DNA from: a virus
Lineage: Duplodnaviria; Caudoviricetes
IMG/VR virus record: IMGVR_UViG_3300049795_000025
Span: 1-57,340 of that record
Reading direction: 5' to 3' (one strand)
DNA: 57,340 nucleotides
Shown here: positions 36,191 to 45,900 of the stretch, one piece after another
How positions within the stretch are numbered: the first letter of the stretch is position 1
Layout: each line of letters opens with the position of its first letter
The notes under the pieces: model-generated
The model's database searches: none
Told to the model about the DNA's origin: nothing
The model's input: the letters and a program-made list of their open reading frames with translations, nothing else
Position numbers and translations under genes: made by a program

Positions 36191-36559
36191 CTACGTGTCT
36201 CGTGAAACAGAGTCGATGTTGTTATCGAAGATCCCGCCCATAGGGCCCGCAGTGTGGGCGTAGAGCGGAGCGTTCCACCCAGTGCAGTTAGGTCCGGTCC
36301 AAGCCCGGAACTGTCGGCTCGTCGCGTTCCAGATGTAGCTGGTAACGTTCGGCGCGCCTATGTTCTTGCAGCCACTCGTGGTGATGATGTCCCAGGCGTA
36401 GACCCAAAGATACGTCGCACAGGTATTCGTACCGTCCCAGCCTGCGATATAGTTCGCAGTCGGGGCGCAAGGTGCAGCGCTAGCTGGTTGCGAGCTAGCC
36501 AGTGCTCCGGCGCTTATCCCGAGCGCAAGCGGCAGGACTCCGGCGAAGATTCGTCGCAT
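36191..36559 (-). CDS. Secreted peptidase-inhibitor I36 / beta-gamma-crystallin-like protein
   Basis: Signal peptide ending PASA; SYIWN, WTGPNCTG, DNNIDSV; four Cys. Confidence 0.6.
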   Translation of the reverse strand: MRRIFAGVLPLALGISAGALASSQPASAAPCAPTANYIAGWDGTNTCATYLWVYAWDIITTSGCKNIGAPNVTSYIWNATSRQFRAWTGPNCTGWNAPLYAHTAGPMGGIFDNNIDSVSRDT

Positions 36560-36561
36560 GG

Positions 36562-37482
36562 CTAGCAGGCTCCCGGTCCGCCGAAGCGAAATGTGCTGTT
36601 GCTGAGCGAGGCCACGTTCCAGTACGGATCGATTCCCGTAGGCGACTCCCGCTGGAACTGAGTTTCCAGCCCGAGGTTCGTCGCAGCGGAACCGAGCGAT
36701 GCACCCACAGCGTTGGTTGCAAGCGTCTCGCTGCCCATACCTGAACAGACGGTGGATGCAGTTAGGTGGGTGGTCGAAGCGATTTCGCCGAACACCTGCC
36801 CCAGGTCAATGTCAGTGAAGCCGGAAACGCCCGCCCCAGTCCAGAGCGAGGCCGCGTAGTAGCCCACCCACTGGAACGTACCGCCGACTGGGTAGACACC
36901 GATCCACCAGGCCGCCGGATAGCCACCGCCTGCCGCGACATACTGAGTGTGGAAATGAAGGTTGCTGGTGAGCGTCGTACCCGGGCCGACCGCGGTGTTG
37001 GGTGCGTAGGTAGGGGTCCCCACAACGGTAAAGTTGGTTCCGTAGCCCTGGCCGACGCTGTTGATCCAGTGGTAGACGAAGATCTTCATTCCAGAGCCCG
37101 AATTACGGGCTCCGACTTCCACGATCTGTCGTTGTCCACTGATGGTCTTCTCGACCGAGTTCTCCACCAGGGTGTGTGCGTCACCCGACTGAAGCGAAGG
37201 GGCGACCGCTCCCCAGCCAAAGTTCACAGCCTGATAGGTCGGCAGCGTTCCGGTGAAGCCCTGGCTTCCCACGTTGTAGTAGTAGCAGGGGCATGAGAAC
37301 GTGCTGATCACACTCGGGCTGGGGTCACCCTTGGGACCTGACGCCCCCTTCAGCAAAGTCCGCTTGGTAGTGGGCGACGGTAGCGGAGCCAACGATCCCG
37401 CTGCCTGGGCTGGTAGGCCTGGGCCCATCAGACCGACGAACGTCAGCAGCGCTATGAGCGCTACCCTGAAACGGTTCTTCAT
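36562..37482 (-). CDS. Secreted neprosin-like glutamic peptidase
   Basis: Signal peptide (AQA); HTLVE, IVEVG, FVYHW, WWI...WVGYY..SLW, QVFGEI, GMG, terminal FGGPGAC. Confidence 0.72.
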   Translation of the reverse strand: MKNRFRVALIALLTFVGLMGPGLPAQAAGSLAPLPSPTTKRTLLKGASGPKGDPSPSVISTFSCPCYYYNVGSQGFTGTLPTYQAVNFGWGAVAPSLQSGDAHTLVENSVEKTISGQRQIVEVGARNSGSGMKIFVYHWINSVGQGYGTNFTVVGTPTYAPNTAVGPGTTLTSNLHFHTQYVAAGGGYPAAWWIGVYPVGGTFQWVGYYAASLWTGAGVSGFTDIDLGQVFGEIASTTHLTASTVCSGMGSETLATNAVGASLGSAATNLGLETQFQRESPTGIDPYWNVASLSNSTFRFGGPGAC

Positions 37483-37490
37483 TGCTCTCC

Positions 37491-37799
37491 CTAGTTAGGG
37501 TCACCGGCGAGCTCGCCGGAGTTCTTATCCTCAAGTACCGCCGCGACCTGAGAGTGCACACGAATTGACAGGAACGCACGCAGCATACCTTTGAGCCACC
37601 AATTGGCCTCTGCTGCGGTCTTGCCAATATTCGTATTGATCTCGTAGCCGTCATACCTAAACGTCTCGATGAGGGTGTAAGAATGCCCTTGCGTGTTGTC
37701 AGCCGCGACGGCATACCGCGAATCGATCCGGAGCCGCTCGGCTTCATCGTTCAGCCTACGCGCCGTAGTCATCAATTGCGAAGGCGTGACTTTTTCCAC
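37491..37799 (-). CDS. Hypothetical protein
   Basis: 102 aa; GAGG SD. Confidence 0.6.
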   Translation of the reverse strand: MEKVTPSQLMTTARRLNDEAERLRIDSRYAVAADNTQGHSYTLIETFRYDGYEINTNIGKTAAEANWWLKGMLRAFLSIRVHSQVAAVLEDKNSGELAGDPN

Positions 37800-37879
37800 T
37801 GCATTTTCCTCTCATTGAATCCGGGTGAGCCAGGGTGGCTGAGGTACCAACTCCGACCCACCCGGTGTCCATGTGGGGG

Positions 37880-38935
37880 CTAGACGCCTAGAGCAGTCTG
37901 CTCTGCTGCGGCCTCAGTCGGTCGCGGTGCCTTCTCACCTACACGGCCGATATGGACGTCACGGGCCGAGAGCTCGCCCGCCCGCTCACCGGCGCGCGCC
38001 TCGGAGGAGTGGTACCGACGGTCGTACCGGCGGGCCATCGCCGCACTGACTTCGTACGGTCGGTGTGTCTTGCACTTCCCAGATTCGTGCTTGGTGGACT
38101 TGCAGGACGAGCAGTTCGCCTCGGCCTCTTCGCGCTCCTTAACCTGCTGCGCGTACTCCTCATCGCTCATCGGCCTGTGTTTTGGGAACTCGGCGTAGAA
38201 AGCCTCATCGACCCGCTCCTTGCGACCGTGCAGAACCAGTCCGCCGGAGACCTTGTCCACTGCGGAACTAGCGATTCGCAGCCGCCAAGAAAGCTCATTG
38301 ACGAACCCTCGCGCATAGGCATCGCGATAGACGTCCGCTTGGATCCCCCGACCGGAAACCTTCGGAGTCTCGCCACGCAGGATGCACTCAGCTGCGTAGA
38401 GCTTCTGCACCTTGCTGTGTGCAGCCCCATCAGTCGCTTCGGACTGCCACAGCTTTGTGGCGATGTCCCTCCGGCTCATACCTGAGGCCCGCATGTAGTA
38501 GCAGTTCACCTGATCCGAGAGCTGAGGGTTCACCCGAGCATCGATCCGTGTCATGAAGACCAGCCGCGAAGCTGTGAACAGAAGCTCGGCGTACCGAATA
38601 TCGCCTTCATAGCCAATCGCCGTGGCAACCAACTCGTCCTCGCCATAGCCTCCAGCGGTCCGAATCCCGCAGTGCTGCGCGATCCGCGACCACATATCCC
38701 AGTAGTAGTCACGCAGCGGGTTGTAGTAGGCCCGACTCTCCATGATGGTGATCGAGTCACTCACCGGCACAGCCGCGGAGGACTCCGTAGCAATCGCCTC
38801 TTCCTCGGCGATCCGGTACTTGCGCATGAGGTCTTCAGCCATCTGGCGGTAACTCGCTCGCGCCACGTCCGGCAGAGTTTCGTCCTCTGCCATCGCAATG
38901 AGCTTACCGATCTTGGCTGCGTAATCGAAAGCCAT
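37880..38935 (-). CDS. DUF2786-like protein
   Basis: KIGKLIAMAE...AEDLMRKYRI N-terminus; AYARGF; conserved RBS. Confidence 0.7.
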   Translation of the reverse strand: MAFDYAAKIGKLIAMAEDETLPDVARASYRQMAEDLMRKYRIAEEEAIATESSAAVPVSDSITIMESRAYYNPLRDYYWDMWSRIAQHCGIRTAGGYGEDELVATAIGYEGDIRYAELLFTASRLVFMTRIDARVNPQLSDQVNCYYMRASGMSRRDIATKLWQSEATDGAAHSKVQKLYAAECILRGETPKVSGRGIQADVYRDAYARGFVNELSWRLRIASSAVDKVSGGLVLHGRKERVDEAFYAEFPKHRPMSDEEYAQQVKEREEAEANCSSCKSTKHESGKCKTHRPYEVSAAMARRYDRRYHSSEARAGERAGELSARDVHIGRVGEKAPRPTEAAAEQTALGV

Positions 38936-38978
38936 ATCTGGTCCCTTCGGTTCGGGCCTCTCTCGGCCCAACAATTTC

Positions 38979-38989
38979 ATCCTACTCCA
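38979..38989 (-). promoter_or_regulatory. Early promoter, TGGAG-TAGGAT
   Basis: Same motif and spacing; abuts a hairpin at 38995-39022. Confidence 0.6.
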
Positions 38990-39031
38990 TTGCAGACCGG
39001 CGAGAGGATCCCCCTCGCCGGTCCTCTTTCG

Positions 39032-39760
39032 TTACTTAGCCCGGCAGACCGGGCCTCGACCGATCTCACGGCTGGTCTCGTCCGTTAGCGTCCGGCCGCA
39101 GTCACCGCAGACGCCCAGCTCTCGGCCGTAGAGGCAAAGCGCTGCTTCGGGGTCTTTGGCGATCTCAGCCAAGATCTCTGCACGCTGTTGGGGATTGCGG
39201 ATCGGGAAGGTGTCATCGCTCGCCTGCGCGCTGATGAAGGTCCGTCCGGCCCAACGTCCTCCAGCCTTGCCCTCGGTGACCCGATAGAACTTGACAACGC
39301 CATCCCGCAACAAGGCGTACCGACCAGGAGCGACAGTGCTGTGGGTCTCCCGCACCACCGTACCGGCCGGAGTACCGAAGTCAGTAATCGGAGCCGGAGC
39401 GGCCTTCCGGGGGAGGTCCTTATAGGCGGTGATGAACTGCGACCCTGCACTCTTTGCGAAACCCTGCTGCAGCCGTATCAATACGGCCTCAGCCGGACCA
39501 GGGGTCTCACGGGTGGTGGCAATATCAATGATCCACTTGGCCTGCTTCTCGGAGACCAGGCCCGGCCCCTGCTTTACCTGATAGCCACTGATCTCAATCA
39601 TCCACTCGTCCGAGCGGGTCGCGGTAGCAGTCTGCGCTCCGCCGGTGACGAACTCGACTGCTGCGCGCTCTTCGTTCACGTCTGCCGGAAGACCAGCGCC
39701 TGCCGTGTGGAAGGTCATCAAGAACCTCGCCGTGTGGGGGATGCGCTCGCGCTTGCTCAT
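39032..39760 (-). CDS. DUF6011-like zinc-ribbon protein
   Basis: CGDCGRTLTDETSREIGRGPVC C-terminus; conserved RBS before the ATG at 39760. Confidence 0.75.
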   Translation of the reverse strand: MSKRERIPHTARFLMTFHTAGAGLPADVNEERAAVEFVTGGAQTATATRSDEWMIEISGYQVKQGPGLVSEKQAKWIIDIATTRETPGPAEAVLIRLQQGFAKSAGSQFITAYKDLPRKAAPAPITDFGTPAGTVVRETHSTVAPGRYALLRDGVVKFYRVTEGKAGGRWAGRTFISAQASDDTFPIRNPQQRAEILAEIAKDPEAALCLYGRELGVCGDCGRTLTDETSREIGRGPVCRAK

Positions 39761-39798
39761 TGTCCTGGTCCCTTCGTTGCCCTCTCCTGGCAACCAAC

Positions 39799-39810
39799 AT
39801 CCTACGCCAA
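39799..39810 (-). promoter_or_regulatory. Early promoter, TTGGCG-TAGGAT
   Basis: Same motif and spacing as the other cassettes. Confidence 0.65.
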
Positions 39811-39840
39811 TCCGATCCAGAACGGAAGCACCCTCGCCGG

Positions 39841-39990
39841 AAACGACGATGGGCCCCGGGTTGAGAGTCCCGGGGCCCATCGGCCTCGGCAAGCTACACG
39901 AGGCAGGCAGTCGACTACGGGCGAGAGAAGGGACCAGCCAAATCCCGCCGTACCGACCGCATCCCAGGCCTAAGCCCAGGCTCGATCTGA
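39841..39990 (-). ncRNA. Predicted small RNA with anti-RBS loop
   Basis: Candidate -10 TAGACT at 39996-40001; long hairpin with loop TTTGGCTGGTCCCTTC; terminal 14-bp hairpin at 39847-39882. Confidence 0.55.
39847..39882 (-). terminator. Strong hairpin terminator
   Basis: CGATGGGCCCCGGG/CCCGGGGCCCATCG then TCGTTT. Confidence 0.7.
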
Positions 39991-40030
39991 AACACAGTCT
40001 ACGTCGCGCCAGAAACTGCCGCTAGTCGAC

Positions 40031-40417
40031 CTAGGTACCGCTGACGAACTTGGGGGCAGGTGGCCCGGCGTTCGTCGGAGAGAGCGAGGAGACTGCCGGG
40101 GCGACCGCTATGCCTAGTGCACCGAGGAACTGAATCACTAGCAGCATCCACTCGTCGCCGGAGATCCCGCCGGTGATGTAGCTGACGAGGAGGTTCAGCA
40201 CCAGGAACACCGCACCTACGAGGGTCTTGGCCTTAGCAAAGGCCGGAACGTTCGCAGTCGCCCAAACGTTGATGGTTCCAGCGAGTGCGATCACGACCAG
40301 AACCCACTCCGAGGCGCTGACGCCGTCAGCTGCCACCGCTCGGTACCCCGTGACTCCCGCCATCACCAGAGTCGCCAGCAAGATGGCGATCGACTTCCCG
40401 TGTGTCTTCCAATACAT
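40031..40417 (-). CDS. Holin-like membrane protein
   Basis: Four TM segments; internal duplication (SASEWVLVVI / SGDEWMLLVI); in the lysis cassette. Confidence 0.65.
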   Translation of the reverse strand: MYWKTHGKSIAILLATLVMAGVTGYRAVAADGVSASEWVLVVIALAGTINVWATANVPAFAKAKTLVGAVFLVLNLLVSYITGGISGDEWMLLVIQFLGALGIAVAPAVSSLSPTNAGPPAPKFVSGT

Positions 40418-40736
40418 TGCGTTTCCCCTCCCGAGGATCGCGGAGACTCCGCATCATGTGTAGCTGAATGAAGATCACGATACGCCAACTGATAGCAACC
40501 GCAATCCCCGTGAACAGGATAGCCCTTGTTGGCCAAAAGTAGCTCGGAACTCCGCCAATCGTAATGACCCAGGCGAAGTAGGCCAGAGCAACCGCAAGCG
40601 ATCCCATCACGGCCATGATATTGCGACCGGCCTTAGTCTCCCACCACGGTGCAAAGAATAGATATAGCATAGCAAACAAAACGGCTGATATCGCACAGCC
40701 GTAGAATGCCCAATCTCCGTATTCCCTCCAGCTCAT
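40326..40736 (-). CDS. Membrane protein (lysis cassette)
   Basis: Three TM segments; PWW...GRNIM. Confidence 0.65.
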   Translation of the reverse strand: MSWREYGDWAFYGCAISAVLFAMLYLFFAPWWETKAGRNIMAVMGSLAVALAYFAWVITIGGVPSYFWPTRAILFTGIAVAISWRIVIFIQLHMMRSLRDPREGKRNVLEDTREVDRHLAGDSGDGGSHGVPSGGS

Positions 40737-40936
40737 CCCAAATGCCCCTCTTCGCGAAATAGCTGGGCGAGATGATTCGTTTTGTGCACCTTACGCCAGC
40801 CCTCAGTAAGTCTTACGACCAATGATATCTGGTCGTCCACTCGCTGGGCCCGCTCGGCGATCTCTCCGGCTGCCTCTTCGGCATGAGCTAGCCGCTCGGC
40901 TGTATCTCGGCGTGGATGCCGGTGCCGACCCATCAT
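40733..40936 (-). CDS. Small coiled-coil protein (lysis cassette)
   Basis: 67 aa; NHLA; ATGA overlaps. Confidence 0.6.
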   Translation of the reverse strand: MMGRHRHPRRDTAERLAHAEEAAGEIAERAQRVDDQISLVVRLTEGWRKVHKTNHLAQLFREEGHLG

Positions 40937-41286
40937 CGCGGCCTGCCTCTCTCGCGCATTCTCCTTTGTTCCTCCTGCACTTCGGACACAGCCCTGAGGA
41001 TGGCTGCGTTGCCGTCAAGTACCGGCTGGAGAGCGGCTGTCAGCCGGTCGACCTGGGAGTTGGCAACTTCGGCGTTTCGCTCCCAAATATCGCTTACCCT
41101 ACGCTCTGCGGCGATATCACGCTCATTCTGCGTCCTTGTCACGATTCGTCCGGTTAGGAATGCGGCAACAATCAATATCAACAATCCCAGCAGAGAAATC
41201 TGCTGTGCCCACGCTGGCATTAGCGCATTCAAGTCGGGAATTGTCGGAGCGGTTTCGCCAAGAAACACACCGCACCCCCAATTCAA
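40933..41286 (-). CDS. Membrane protein with coiled coil (lysis cassette; start uncertain)
   Basis: One TM helix, then GRIV and a heptad region. Confidence 0.6.
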   Translation of the reverse strand: MNWGCGVFLGETAPTIPDLNALMPAWAQQISLLGLLILIVAAFLTGRIVTRTQNERDIAAERRVSDIWERNAEVANSQVDRLTAALQPVLDGNAAILRAVSEVQEEQRRMRERGRPR

Positions 41287-41300
41287 TTTTGTTATACGGA

Positions 41301-41335
41301 AAGGTGGCGAAAGTCTAATCGACTTTCGCCACCTT
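41301..41335 (-). terminator. Hairpin after the endolysin gene
   Basis: 15-bp perfect stem AAGGTGGCGAAAGTC/GACTTTCGCCACCTT. Confidence 0.7.
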
Positions 41336-41347
41336 CGCCCGCCGGAC

Positions 41348-42214
41348 TCAGTTCTTCGGCGCCAGCGCCGCGATAATCTGGTCCAGCTTCGCGTCCAGGG
41401 CCGCGATCTGAAGCTTCAGATCGGTCAACCCGGCCCCATTGCTAGATGCCTGCGATGCGACCGAACTGATCCGGCTGTTCACGTCGGCAAGCTGCGGGGC
41501 CACTTCGGCCGCGACAGCCTCCGAGATACCCTGTCGACTGCCAATCCAAGCCAGCAGCTCACCGACTGCCTGAGGCTTATTTTTGCTGTATGGATTGGGG
41601 ACCTTGAATCCCCAGGTCTCTTCCGCGGTTGCCACGTCGGTACCCTCCAGCTCCTTGATGCGATTGAAAAGCCAGGTCCACGGGAAGTTCGTCCCGGGAT
41701 CGTTGTGCGTTCCCTTGTCCTCTGGAAACGCGTTCGTGATGTCGATGTGGCCGCAGAATCCGCGAGTCTTGCCGCCGTCCCAGGCGGAGCGTAGAGCAGC
41801 ACCCTGCAGTCGCGTCAACGGGTACTTACCCTTCTGCCGCAATTGAACGCAGAGCTTTGCGACGTTCTCCAGGGTCGCCGCGCTGGCCTTGTCGGCCCAC
41901 TGTACTTTGCTCTGTGCGGTTAGGCCGCAGATCTCGATCTGGATCCCGATGTCGTTACCGTGCGTCCTGGCTGCGTGCGCTTCGTCCTTCAGCTCAACAC
42001 ACTGCACAACCGAGTTCTGGTCCACAAAGAAATGCGTCGATGTGCCGTCGCTCCGACGCTTGTCGTAAGCCGCACCGTCCTCTGCGGACGACACATCCTC
42101 GTGTCCCTCGGTTGTATGGATCACGATGACCGAAGGCTGGCCGCTCTTCCGGCCCGTGGTATAGGACTTTGGCGGCCCCATCCACTTAGCGATTGGTACG
42201 TCAGGCTTTGCCAT
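41348..42214 (-). CDS. Endolysin, N-acetylmuramoyl-L-alanine amidase (amidase_2)
   Basis: VIHTTEG, STHFFVD, AHAA, GHID, HNDPG; start MAKPDV with GAGG SD. Confidence 0.9.
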   Translation of the reverse strand: MAKPDVPIAKWMGPPKSYTTGRKSGQPSVIVIHTTEGHEDVSSAEDGAAYDKRRSDGTSTHFFVDQNSVVQCVELKDEAHAARTHGNDIGIQIEICGLTAQSKVQWADKASAATLENVAKLCVQLRQKGKYPLTRLQGAALRSAWDGGKTRGFCGHIDITNAFPEDKGTHNDPGTNFPWTWLFNRIKELEGTDVATAEETWGFKVPNPYSKNKPQAVGELLAWIGSRQGISEAVAAEVAPQLADVNSRISSVASQASSNGAGLTDLKLQIAALDAKLDQIIAALAPKN

Positions 42215-42335
42215 CCTCTTCCTCGTCCTCCTTGTCGTCCTCCGGGATCTCCTCCGAGGGCTCAGCCTCATAGACCGGAGCGTCAGCTGCCTTCTTCGGC
42301 TCGGGCGGCAACTCACTTAGCACCAAACTGAACAT
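42201..42335 (-). CDS. Small acidic protein (44 aa)
   Basis: MFSLVLSELPPEPKK...EDEEEDGKA fills the gap before the lysin. Confidence 0.4.
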   Translation of the reverse strand: MFSLVLSELPPEPKKAADAPVYEAEPSEEIPEDDKEDEEEDGKA

Positions 42336-42349
42336 GCTTCGAGGATACG

Positions 42350-42922
42350 TCACAGCGCCCGGAGGTACTTCACTTCAAGGACACAACGGAAACCAGTTGA
42401 CGTATTGGTGTTCTGTGAACCGCTGGAAGTCTGCTGCCCATATGCCTCGATGTAGTCCGTAGAGCCGTTACAGGACACCATGGCAGATGTAAAGGCTGAC
42501 GTCGCAGCGGTAGTCGGATCAGGCCGCATGATCGCCTGCGGATCGACGCGTGTCCCATTCTTCGCTACAGCTGCAACGATTTGCACATATGACGAAGCGC
42601 CTGCAGCCAGCGACATTGTTACGTTGACCTCGTAGTAACCGGCCCGCAACGGCGTAACACGTGAATTATTGGTAACGGTATCATGGTAGTTGTCGGTGTC
42701 AATATCTTCAGAGCTAGCACCGAACGTAAGAGCCGCCACAACGCCCGTGGTAAAGCTCTGTGCAGACTGCTGAATCAGCCGGACTAGTGGTTGCGTACCG
42801 GTCTCCAAGCTTGAGGTGCGCGCGTCTAGGTCATTGATTGCATTCTTGACGGCGATCCCGAAACCGGCCGATGGAATCGGCTGGCCCTGGACCGGCGTAG
42901 TGATTGCATATGGCCCTGCCAT
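42350..42922 (-). CDS. Minor tail protein / receptor-binding protein (C1q-like)
   Basis: 190 aa; short coil then beta domain (AGYYEV, KNG, DYIE). Confidence 0.7.
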   Translation of the reverse strand: MAGPYAITTPVQGQPIPSAGFGIAVKNAINDLDARTSSLETGTQPLVRLIQQSAQSFTTGVVAALTFGASSEDIDTDNYHDTVTNNSRVTPLRAGYYEVNVTMSLAAGASSYVQIVAAVAKNGTRVDPQAIMRPDPTTAATSAFTSAMVSCNGSTDYIEAYGQQTSSGSQNTNTSTGFRCVLEVKYLRAL

Positions 42923-42923
42923 C

Positions 42924-45900
42924 TCAACTCCAAACCGCGTTGTCCCAGCCGTCCAGGCCATCCCAGACCGCTGGGGGAAGAACCTGAACGACATCAAGGT
43001 CTTGTGTGTATTCCGCACCCGAGACGTTATGCGTCACCGAGAGAATCCGCCAGGTGCCCGCAGCACCGGTGCCTTCAGAGTCCAAGATAGTGATTAGCTG
43101 GCCTGGCTTACGCCGCGGATCACCGACCACCTTCAGCCCGAGCTCCGGTCGGGGCCGGGCAAGGATCCCAAGCAGCTGCGCAGAGATGTCAGTTGCCGCG
43201 GAACGATCCTGCACCCAGTAGAGATCGGTATCCAACGACCTGTCTCCACGCACCAACTTTGAACTGGAATCGCTGACGGTCGTATAGCCGTCCGATTGGC
43301 GGAGTCCGTAACCGAGGATTTGCAAGAACGGAACCTGATTACCATTGTTGACTAGATAGGCCAAAGATCCTGACATGTTGACGAACTTCAGCGTAATAGA
43401 CAGCGCGTCCGTTGCGATGATGGTCGCCTTGACCTGCACAGCGCTCAAGACTGTGCCAGTTCCGTCAGTCGCAGTGTTGATCGTCATGAAGTGGTTTGCG
43501 GTTGGCAAGGTAGGCGTACTGATCTGTGATGACGTCAGATTCAGAATCGAGTAGTCTGTACCACCGGTCGCCGCAGAGCCGTGGACTTCCACACACGGGA
43601 TATCCATCGGGAATACCACAACGGTGGTACCAGTCGATAGCTGCACCGATGTCAAGTACTGCAGCATAGGCTGCGGCTTAGCATCAATCCGCGAGTCATT
43701 GAATTGGACTGTGACATTGTTGCGAACCTTGGATGCGTCGATCGTCACATCCAGGTCTCCAGCATTCTTCTTAGTGTCCTGAACGGCTGAAGCCGTCATC
43801 TGTGCAGTCTCGCCAAAGTACGACGGGGGCAGAAACTCGATGTTGTCAAGCTCGTTGACTCGATATGCACTGATAGAAGCCTTGGCTAGATCAGCAATGG
43901 TGTCCCAGCAATTCAAAGCAGTCGATTCGGCGATTCCGACAAGGCTACGCCGGAGTGGGCGCATGGTAGCCGATTGTGCCGGTGCAATCACTGTGAGCTG
44001 ATCATCCCAAAGTCCAGCCGCATATGGGATCCCGGTATCAAACATGACCTCGGAGAGCGGCAACTGTGAGGCGATGTATAGCTGCGTGCTGTACCCAAGC
44101 TTCACAGCTTGATCATCAGTCAGTGGTAAGCCAGCCGTCGAGTTGTTTCCGTTCGTCGCCCAAGCTGAGGACGAGCCTTCAGTTGTCGGCCCCTTGACCT
44201 TTGCGGTACCTGCGGCAAAGTCCCACCAGAAACCAAAGAAGTGCCAGGCACCATCAGTCGGTAGCAGACCGCTTACTGCATACGACACAATCGTATATGC
44301 AAACGCGTCAGACCCCATGGTGATGTTCGCCCTGCGGTTAGCCGAGTCGATTCCAATCTTGACCCAGCCAACAATTCCAGAACTATTGTTGCTACATAGC
44401 AGACTGGCATAGAACAGGAAGTCATCCGGAGCCGTCAGATATGAGGGGGCTGATAGAGCCGCGTCGCCACGAATCCAGATGGAAAGCCTGCCCTTTGAGT
44501 TCGATACCGACATTGCATCGTAGACGAAGGCTCCGCCTGCTTCGACGATGTGCGGAAACTCCTGCGTTGGTAGCAATGGCAAGTTATTTGTTCCAGGGTT
44601 GAGGATCACTCGATCGGTCCGGGTAGCAGTCTGTTGACCGAACATCCCTAACAGGAATGGACCATCGACATATGTAGGATTCCTGGTTCCGTACGGCCCA
44701 CCCGGTGGAGTAGGCGGCAAGTAGTTTTGCACAGAGTTATAGCCATATGGCGAATCCAAATGGGCATGGACCGATCCATGTAGCGGTGCCCAGTATCGCG
44801 TATAACGATTCGGTGAAGGCCCAATGAACTGACTGCCACGAGCCAACAGCCAAGTCACCAGCCAATCAAGCGTCAGCCCTTCGCGATATCCATTGACCAC
44901 AGGTAGCGAAACTGACCTGTTGAGCCGGATGCGGGTCTTACTAACCGCGGAGAGCCCAGCAGATCGACCACTAACCGGAATCCCCTGCATCTGCCCGTAG
45001 AACACCTGTGTATCGACTGGACCGGCAGATGTCAGGATCCGAATATTCGTCAGGACTGTTGCAGTGTCTCGATCGAAACCATACACAGGGCTATCGCGAT
45101 TGAATGGCGAGAAGTATTTCCTCGCGTCCATCCTTGGGCGTGCGTAGGGCTCGATTGATATCGCAGCCATGACAGCTACAGCCGTGGCCGAACCCTGTGT
45201 TGCATTGATTGTGTTTACGCCAGAGTCCCGCAGCGCGGTAGTACCAGTCATCATGATCATGCTGGATGCAGTGGAAGAGCCCCAGACTGTCACACCTGCG
45301 CCAGCGGTCCAAGCTCCAAGGCTAGAGGCATCAGCCCAAATCCCAATCTGATAACCTTTGCCAGTCAAAGTGGACGTTACCGCATGTGATGTCACCGAAG
45401 AGGCCTCCGCCGCAACCACAACGTTCGTCACACGGTAACTGAGCGGATAGCTCACCGGGTTGATAGCCCAGAACGCAGTAGTGATCGCAATATACGAGAC
45501 GCTCTTGTCAGACGTCAGGCTCAGTGCAGCCCTGCCAGGATAGTATCCTCGCATTGTATAGACGTAGAGCGAATACGGCGAGTCACTGATAACACCCTGG
45601 AACGTCCACTGGTCCTTCGGATCGATTGCATTCTGCACCAAAGTAGCGGTCGCATCATTGATCAGCACTGCGCAGATAACAAAGTCACCGCGCTGCACGG
45701 TGTTAACGAAAGACGTCGTCAGCGACGTCGTCGCAGCTCCCGTAGTAGTCGAGGACGCGTCGTAGGATCGCTGTCCACTCGACGCTAGCGTCAAGCCTTC
45801 GCGGCCCACGAGGCTTGCGTCTAGAATGCCGCTTGCGTCCACACCAGAGCTCATCGTCACACTATCCGGCAGCGCATCGTTCAATGAATGCGAGACCGTC

